A program made the position numbers and the translations under genes. This document shows positions 14,610-17,733 of a stretch of DNA of 17,733 nucleotides, one piece after another (position 1 is the first letter of the stretch; each line of letters opens with the position of its first letter). The DNA is from a virus, in the IMG/VR virus record IMGVR_UViG_3300014292_000013, positions 1 through 17,733 of that record; one strand, given 5' to 3'. The notes beneath the pieces are model-generated. The model was not told the DNA's origin and made no database searches. It saw nothing but the letters and a program-made list of their open reading frames with translations.

Positions 14610-14726
14610 TATTATATATACCAGTGTAAAATAAAATACAGTAAGAATTAAACACAGCGAAGATATGTTAGTAGCATACATATCTTGTAGTATCTTATCA
14701 GAAAAGTAAAAACACTATAAAAGATG

Positions 14727-14748
14727 TATCGATTGAAACTATCGATTG
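14727..14748 (+). promoter_or_regulatory. Tandem TATCGATTG repeats (each containing the palindrome ATCGAT): candidate operator
   Basis: TATCGATTG occurs at 14727-14735 and 14740-14748. The second copy abuts an AT-rich -10-like TGTAATATAAAT. Both lie in the 278-nt intergenic region upstream of the 3D-domain gene. Confidence 0.3.
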
Positions 14749-14887
14749 TAATATAAATTATTTCGCATTAGTGTTCTTAAATTTTGGAGATAATTGAGTA
14801 CACTAATTTTCATGTCGCCCTACGATTTATTATTTTACTTTTTAAATAATAATAGGAAGACGAAACAGAAAGTTAGGAGGCTACTAA

Positions 14888-15205
14888 ATGAGTCTTAAAA
14901 AAATTATGTTAATGTTTGTTTTTGTAATTGGTTTATTTACTATTTCTGGTCAAGTTGGTGCTACCGAATTAACTGCGTATACGCACACAGGTAGTCCAAT
15001 GGCTAATGGTGAATGGCCTTACGAAGGTGCCGTGGCTAGCAATGATTATGCTCTTGGCACAGTATTAAATATTAATGGTTATAATTACGTAGTTGCTGAC
15101 CGAATGGCTCCTGGCATTCATGGAGTTATAGATATCTTCATGAATGATTATGATAGAGCAATTGAATTTGGTCGTCAGTACGGCGAAGTGTACGTCGTAG
15201 CATAA
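14888..15205 (+). CDS. Secreted 3D-domain (MltA/YuiC-like) cell-wall-active protein
   Basis: Signal peptide MSLKKIMLMFVFVIGLFTISGQVGA. The rest follows the 3D-domain pattern (TAYTHTGSPMANGEWPYEGAVASN..LGTVLNING.NYVVADRMAPGIHGVIDIFM). The RBS is a strong AGGAGG. Confidence 0.7.
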   Translation: MSLKKIMLMFVFVIGLFTISGQVGATELTAYTHTGSPMANGEWPYEGAVASNDYALGTVLNINGYNYVVADRMAPGIHGVIDIFMNDYDRAIEFGRQYGEVYVVA

Positions 15206-15293
15206 ATTAGAAATTATCTTTTGTTTTTACTCTACTCTCCCGCTGTGTTAACACTGGCTTATTATTTAATTCAAGTATTTTATTTTTTAATAT

Positions 15294-15322
15294 ATGACAA
15301 AAAACTTTGTTCAGGGTAATAT
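15294..15322 (+). promoter_or_regulatory. Candidate promoter for the tRNA cluster (ATGACA, 17-nt spacer, TAATAT)
   Basis: -35-like at 15294-15299 and -10 at 15317-15322. GTTGGTAG follows and resembles the 3' part of the conserved motif. Confidence 0.4.
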
Positions 15323-15440
15323 GTTGGTAGAGCACATTTACTTGTGCTATTAATTTAAATAAAAAACCTAAAAACATATAGTGAATAAAATTGAGGATGT
15401 TTTCTCCCCTTATTTTTATGAGGGGTTTTCGCCTCACTAT

Positions 15441-15532
15441 GGAAGCTTACTCAAGTGGATTAAGAGACTAGTCTTGAAAACTAGGAGGCGGTTAATAGCC
15501 GTGCCAGAGTTCGAATCTCTGAGCTTCCGCCA
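15441..15532 (+). tRNA. tRNA-Ser (anticodon UGA), class II, CCA encoded
   Basis: Acceptor GGAAGCT/AGCTTCC. Anticodon stem CTAGT/ACTAG with loop CTTGAAA. Long variable arm. T-arm CAGAG-TTCGAAT-CTCTG. Discriminator G followed by CCA. Confidence 0.9.
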
Positions 15533-15533
15533 T

Positions 15534-15619
15534 GGTAAAGTACCCAAGTTGGATAAAGGGAGCAGACTGTAAATCTGTCGCTTATAGCTTCGAAGGTTCG
15601 AATCCTTCCTTTACCACCA
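15534..15619 (+). tRNA. tRNA-Tyr (anticodon GUA), class II, CCA encoded
   Basis: Acceptor GGTAAAG/CTTTACC. Anticodon loop CTGTAAA. Long variable arm. T-arm GAAGG-TTCGAAT-CCTTC. ACCA at the 3' end. Confidence 0.9.
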
Positions 15620-15624
15620 TTTAT

Positions 15625-15700
15625 AGCGGAGTAGAGCAGTTGGTAGCTCATCGGGCTCATAACCCGAAGGTCACAAGTTCAAATCTTGTCTCCGCAACCA
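15625..15700 (+). tRNA. Initiator-type tRNA-fMet (anticodon CAU), CCA encoded
   Basis: It closely resembles the E. coli initiator tRNA as recalled from memory. The anticodon stem TCGGG/CCCGA carries three consecutive G-C pairs next to the loop CTCATAA. Positions 1 and 72 are unpaired (A1 x A72). The 3' end is ...CTCCGCAACCA. Confidence 0.85.
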
Positions 15701-15703
15701 CAT

Positions 15704-15779
15704 GCTGGCGTAGCTCAATAGGTAGAGCGGTTGACTTGTAATCAACAGGTTGTGGGTTCAATTCCTATCGCCAGCTCCA
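15704..15779 (+). tRNA. tRNA-Thr (anticodon UGU), CCA encoded
   Basis: Acceptor GCTGGCG/CGCCAGC. D-arm GCTC-AATAGGTA-GAGC. Anticodon stem GTTGA/TCAAC with loop CTTGTAA. TCCA at the 3' end. Confidence 0.9.
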
Positions 15780-15817
15780 TTTTCATAATTATTTTAATTA
15801 AAAAATTGGAATATGAA

Positions 15818-16045
15818 ATGTTACAGCCTATCATCAATTTTTTTAAACATTTATTTTTCGAAGAAAAACAATGTAAACAATTTAATGCTTTCGTAGATAT
15901 GCATCAAATACATGAAGAAAACGTATTAAATCGTTTATCTACTATTGAGAACAAAATAGATGTATTAGAAAAACAAAAAGCTGCTCTAACTGCAATTCTC
16001 GATAAAATTGAACAATTAATCGAAGAATTAAAAGATAGAGCATGA
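15818..16045 (+). CDS. Small coiled-coil protein (75 aa)
   Basis: This is the first ATG downstream of tRNA-Thr. The track start at 15731 overlaps the tRNA and was rejected. The product contains LSTIENKIDVLEKQKAALTAILDKIEQLIEELKDRA. The RBS is weak. Confidence 0.45.
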   Translation: MLQPIINFFKHLFFEEKQCKQFNAFVDMHQIHEENVLNRLSTIENKIDVLEKQKAALTAILDKIEQLIEELKDRA

Positions 16046-16061
16046 ATAGCCTCCTTAAAGA

Positions 16062-16106
16062 ATAACTAAACGGTAATAATATAATGAGCCGTTTAGTTAT
16101 TTTTTT
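16062..16106 (+). terminator. Rho-independent terminator
   Basis: A perfect 12-bp stem ATAACTAAACGG/CCGTTTAGTTAT pairs 16062-16073 with 16089-16100. TTTTTTT follows. Confidence 0.8.
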
Positions 16107-16126
16107 AGTAATAAAGGAGGATTCTA

Positions 16127-16426
16127 ATGTTTTCTCAAATGTTAAAAGAAAATGGAGAATTTTCTTTAACCCGTTTTTTGGCATTTGCAAGCTTTATATC
16201 TTTCATCCTTGTTACTATAATCATTATGATTGTTAACTTCTATTTTTCGTATGACCCAGGTTGGTATAATACATTTGCTACTTCAACAGTAGGTGGTACT
16301 TTCATCCAACCTATTAATAAATTAATTAATAGTAAATTTAATACTGCTAAGGGTTCATATCAAGAAATGCCTATTACGGAAGGTACTGAAGAAGACACTA
16401 AGATTTCTAATAAGGACGTAAAATAA
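16127..16426 (+). CDS. Holin candidate (99 aa membrane protein)
   Basis: Strong AAGGAGG RBS. TM segment FLAFASFISFILVTIIIMIVNFYF, a second weakly hydrophobic stretch, and a charged C-terminus. It ends 1 nt before the endolysin ATG. Confidence 0.55.
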   Translation: MFSQMLKENGEFSLTRFLAFASFISFILVTIIIMIVNFYFSYDPGWYNTFATSTVGGTFIQPINKLINSKFNTAKGSYQEMPITEGTEEDTKISNKDVK

Positions 16427-16427
16427 T

Positions 16428-16973
16428 ATGTGGAAAATTACAGATAATGATGTACAACGTATGGCATTAGATGCTCAAGGTAAGATTAATAAAATCTATG
16501 TCCATTGGACAGCTGGTCATTACAACCAAACATTTGGTGATTATCATATTAATATCACTGGTGATGGTTCTATGTATACAGATACAGACGATTTTACAGA
16601 AGTAAAAAATCATACGTATCGTAGAAACACAGGTGCTATTGGTATTGGTGTATGTTGTGCATATGGTGCAACTGGACAAAATAATTTAGGTCCAGAACCT
16701 CCTACTCAAGCTCAATTAACACAAGTAACTCGTGTGATTGCTATGTTATGTATTGATTTGGGTTTACCAGATGATATTCAACATGTGCTTACTCACGCTG
16801 AGGCAGCTGATAATAAAGACGGCTGGTATGCACATGAACCATACGGTCCAGATTCTACAGTAGAGCGCTGGGACTTTGATGTTGTACATGAAGGTGATGA
16901 ACCACGTTCTGGTGGTGCATGGCTTCGTGGTACTGCAAGATGGCATGGAGCTCAATGGGGTTCTAGCATCTAA
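16428..16973 (+). CDS. Endolysin, N-acetylmuramoyl-L-alanine amidase (Amidase_2/PGRP, T7-lysozyme-like)
   Basis: Amidase_2-type zinc-ligand context: IYVHWTAGHY...GDYHI...NTGAIGIGVC...VLTHAE. Confidence 0.8.
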   Translation: MWKITDNDVQRMALDAQGKINKIYVHWTAGHYNQTFGDYHINITGDGSMYTDTDDFTEVKNHTYRRNTGAIGIGVCCAYGATGQNNLGPEPPTQAQLTQVTRVIAMLCIDLGLPDDIQHVLTHAEAADNKDGWYAHEPYGPDSTVERWDFDVVHEGDEPRSGGAWLRGTARWHGAQWGSSI

Positions 16974-16987
16974 CATTATGTAATAAG

Positions 16988-17032
16988 AAAAGACCTTTTG
17001 TTTTTTGTTAAAGAGATAAAAGGTCTTTTTTT
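16988..17032 (+). terminator. Rho-independent terminator after the endolysin
   Basis: A 12-bp stem AAAAGACCTTTT/AAAAGGTCTTTT pairs 16988-16999 with 17018-17029. The T-run continues to 17032. Confidence 0.75.
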
Positions 17033-17051
17033 AATACATAATTTTTGATAG

Positions 17052-17088
17052 TTGACAAAACTATTGAAAACCTTGTATTATATTGGTG
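17052..17088 (+). promoter_or_regulatory. Promoter: TTGACA, 18-nt spacer, conserved motif copy 7 (CCTTGTATTATATTGGTG)
   Basis: Perfect -35 at 17052-17057. The motif spans 17071-17088 with its TATTAT hexamer at 17076-17081. Confidence 0.65.
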
Positions 17089-17733
17089 TGGGCATTTCGT
17101 TTCTCCCCCCTAGAAATGCTCGCATATTCACTCCTATAGGATATAGATAGACAGATTGAACTCCTTTCAAATAAATAAACACATATAAATTGTACGGAAA
17201 TAATAAAAAAAATTTTAACCTCCCTGTTAAAATAAAGACTCGTAGAAATAAATACAAACAACAAGATAATTCACCTTTCTTTAAAATAAGATTCTCACAA
17301 TGATAACTTATAACCGTGGGGCACACGGGGATAGCCTATCGCCTGATTGTAAGACTTTTTGAAATAATAAAAAAGCAAATCTTTGGGTAGGAACCTCATG
17401 ATTTTGAATCATAAGAGGGTGCCAGAATGCGTCTGTCTGTCTATATCCAACACATGTTCTTGTAGTTCAATTAGAATACCTTTAACTTCAAAGGAGATTT
17501 ACGTTAAAGTCGTAACGAGAGCATTAATTATTATATTAGGGTTTTACTTTTCCCCTGCATCGATATTACATGTTTATACTTTTTGAGATGTTTTAATAAG
17601 CATAGGTATAATATCCAGTTACGTTTTTAATGTACGAGTGTGAGATGCGAATAATCGAAGAGCATAAAATATCTTAGAGGCCCAGCTGGTGGAAGGCCAG
17701 CATACTTGCTCGTGTGGCGAAATTGGAAAACGC
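17089..17733 (+). ncRNA. Large structured non-coding RNA candidate (at least 0.65 kb, 3' end beyond the window)
   Basis: No credible ORF is present. A 5' hairpin pairs 17090-17098 with 17113-17121 and has the C-rich loop TCTCCCCCC. Hairpin 17156-17160/17166-17170 has the loop CTCCT. Hairpin 17213-17219/17226-17232 has the loop CTCCCT. An 18-bp long-range helix joins 17139-17156 to 17431-17448 (16 Watson-Crick and 2 G-U pairs). Further hairpins are 17314-17318/17324-17328 and 17685-17689/17697-17701. Confidence 0.5.

Noticed and set aside
15207-15741. ORFs 15207..15437 (-), 15381..15572 (+) and 15532..15741 (+), and the 15731 start of the next ORF.
   Set aside because: They overlap the four clearly folded tRNA genes or their promoter region. 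tRNA sequences commonly generate spurious ORFs.
15942-16043. A minus-strand 33-aa hydrophobic ORF (MLYLLILRLIVQFY...) preceded by a perfect AAGGAGG at 6-nt spacing, antisense to the 15818..16045 gene. This could be a type I toxin-like peptide.
   Set aside because: The antisense strand of a Glu/Lys/Leu-rich coiled-coil gene yields Leu/Phe-rich ORFs by default, and the SD-like sequence may be coincidental. It is worth a look only if ribosome profiling shows minus-strand translation.
2041-17088. Calling the conserved motif a canonical extended -10 (TGnTATAAT) promoter.
   Set aside because: In the motif the TG directly abuts TATAAT, with no intervening base. The classical extended -10 register is therefore not met. 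It is described only as a -10-containing conserved motif.
17431-17442. The short GTCT tandem repeat (GTCTGTCTGTCT), and a general scan for CRISPR-like or larger tandem repeat arrays.
   Set aside because: There are only three 4-nt units, and they form one arm of the 18-bp long-range helix. No repeat-spacer periodicity was seen anywhere in the window.
17061-17586. Minus-strand ORFs 17061..17264 and 17078..17326, the + ORF 17383..17586, and the idea that the CU-rich tracts are really Shine-Dalgarno sites of minus-strand genes.
   Set aside because: Read on the minus strand, the SD-like sequences are followed only by 5-aa and 15-aa reading frames or by a TTG-started ORF of junk-like composition (F/I/S/C-rich). 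That ORF would run into the + strand promoter. Three of the tracts sit precisely in hairpin loops, and the promoter motif is on the + strand. The minus-strand reading cannot be fully excluded without transcript data.

Overview
This is an AT-rich, gene-dense window in which every credible gene lies on the + strand. It looks like part of a phage or prophage genome (early/DNA-metabolism region plus a lysis cassette) from a low-GC diderm host.

Layout:
- The left edge carries the 3' 1.8 kb of a YadA-type trimeric autotransporter adhesin gene.
- About 45 short ORFs follow, and most have no recognisable family.
- The recognisable products are an XRE-type HTH regulator, SSB, a DUF3310-like protein, a stand-alone DarG-like macrodomain, a dUTPase, a secreted 3D-domain muralytic protein, a holin candidate and an Amidase_2/PGRP-type endolysin.
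- A tightly packed cluster of four tRNA genes (Ser-UGA, Tyr-GUA, initiator Met-CAU, Thr-UGU), all with encoded CCA, sits inside the lysis region.

Signals not explained by the ORFs:
1. An 18-nt motif, CCTTGTATAATAWTGGTG, occurs seven times and always on the + strand. It probably marks phage-specific promoters.
2. Two long ORF-poor, helix-rich regions start immediately downstream of motif copies. One is about 0.5 kb at 3.07-3.57 kb. The other is at least 0.65 kb at 17.09 kb and runs off the window. Both look like large structured non-coding RNAs.
3. A promoter-to-terminator sRNA module of about 150 nt lies at 7.35-7.53 kb. Its hairpin loop carries the 16S-rRNA-3'-end-like sequence ACCUCCUUUC and is perfectly complementary over 12 nt to a ribosome-binding-site context shared by several phage genes.
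4. Further CU-rich (anti-Shine-Dalgarno-like) hairpin loops are clustered in the 17.1-17.3 kb RNA.

No CRISPR array, transposase, integrase or rRNA gene was seen. All functional assignments rest on reading motifs by eye in the supplied translations. No database search was run.
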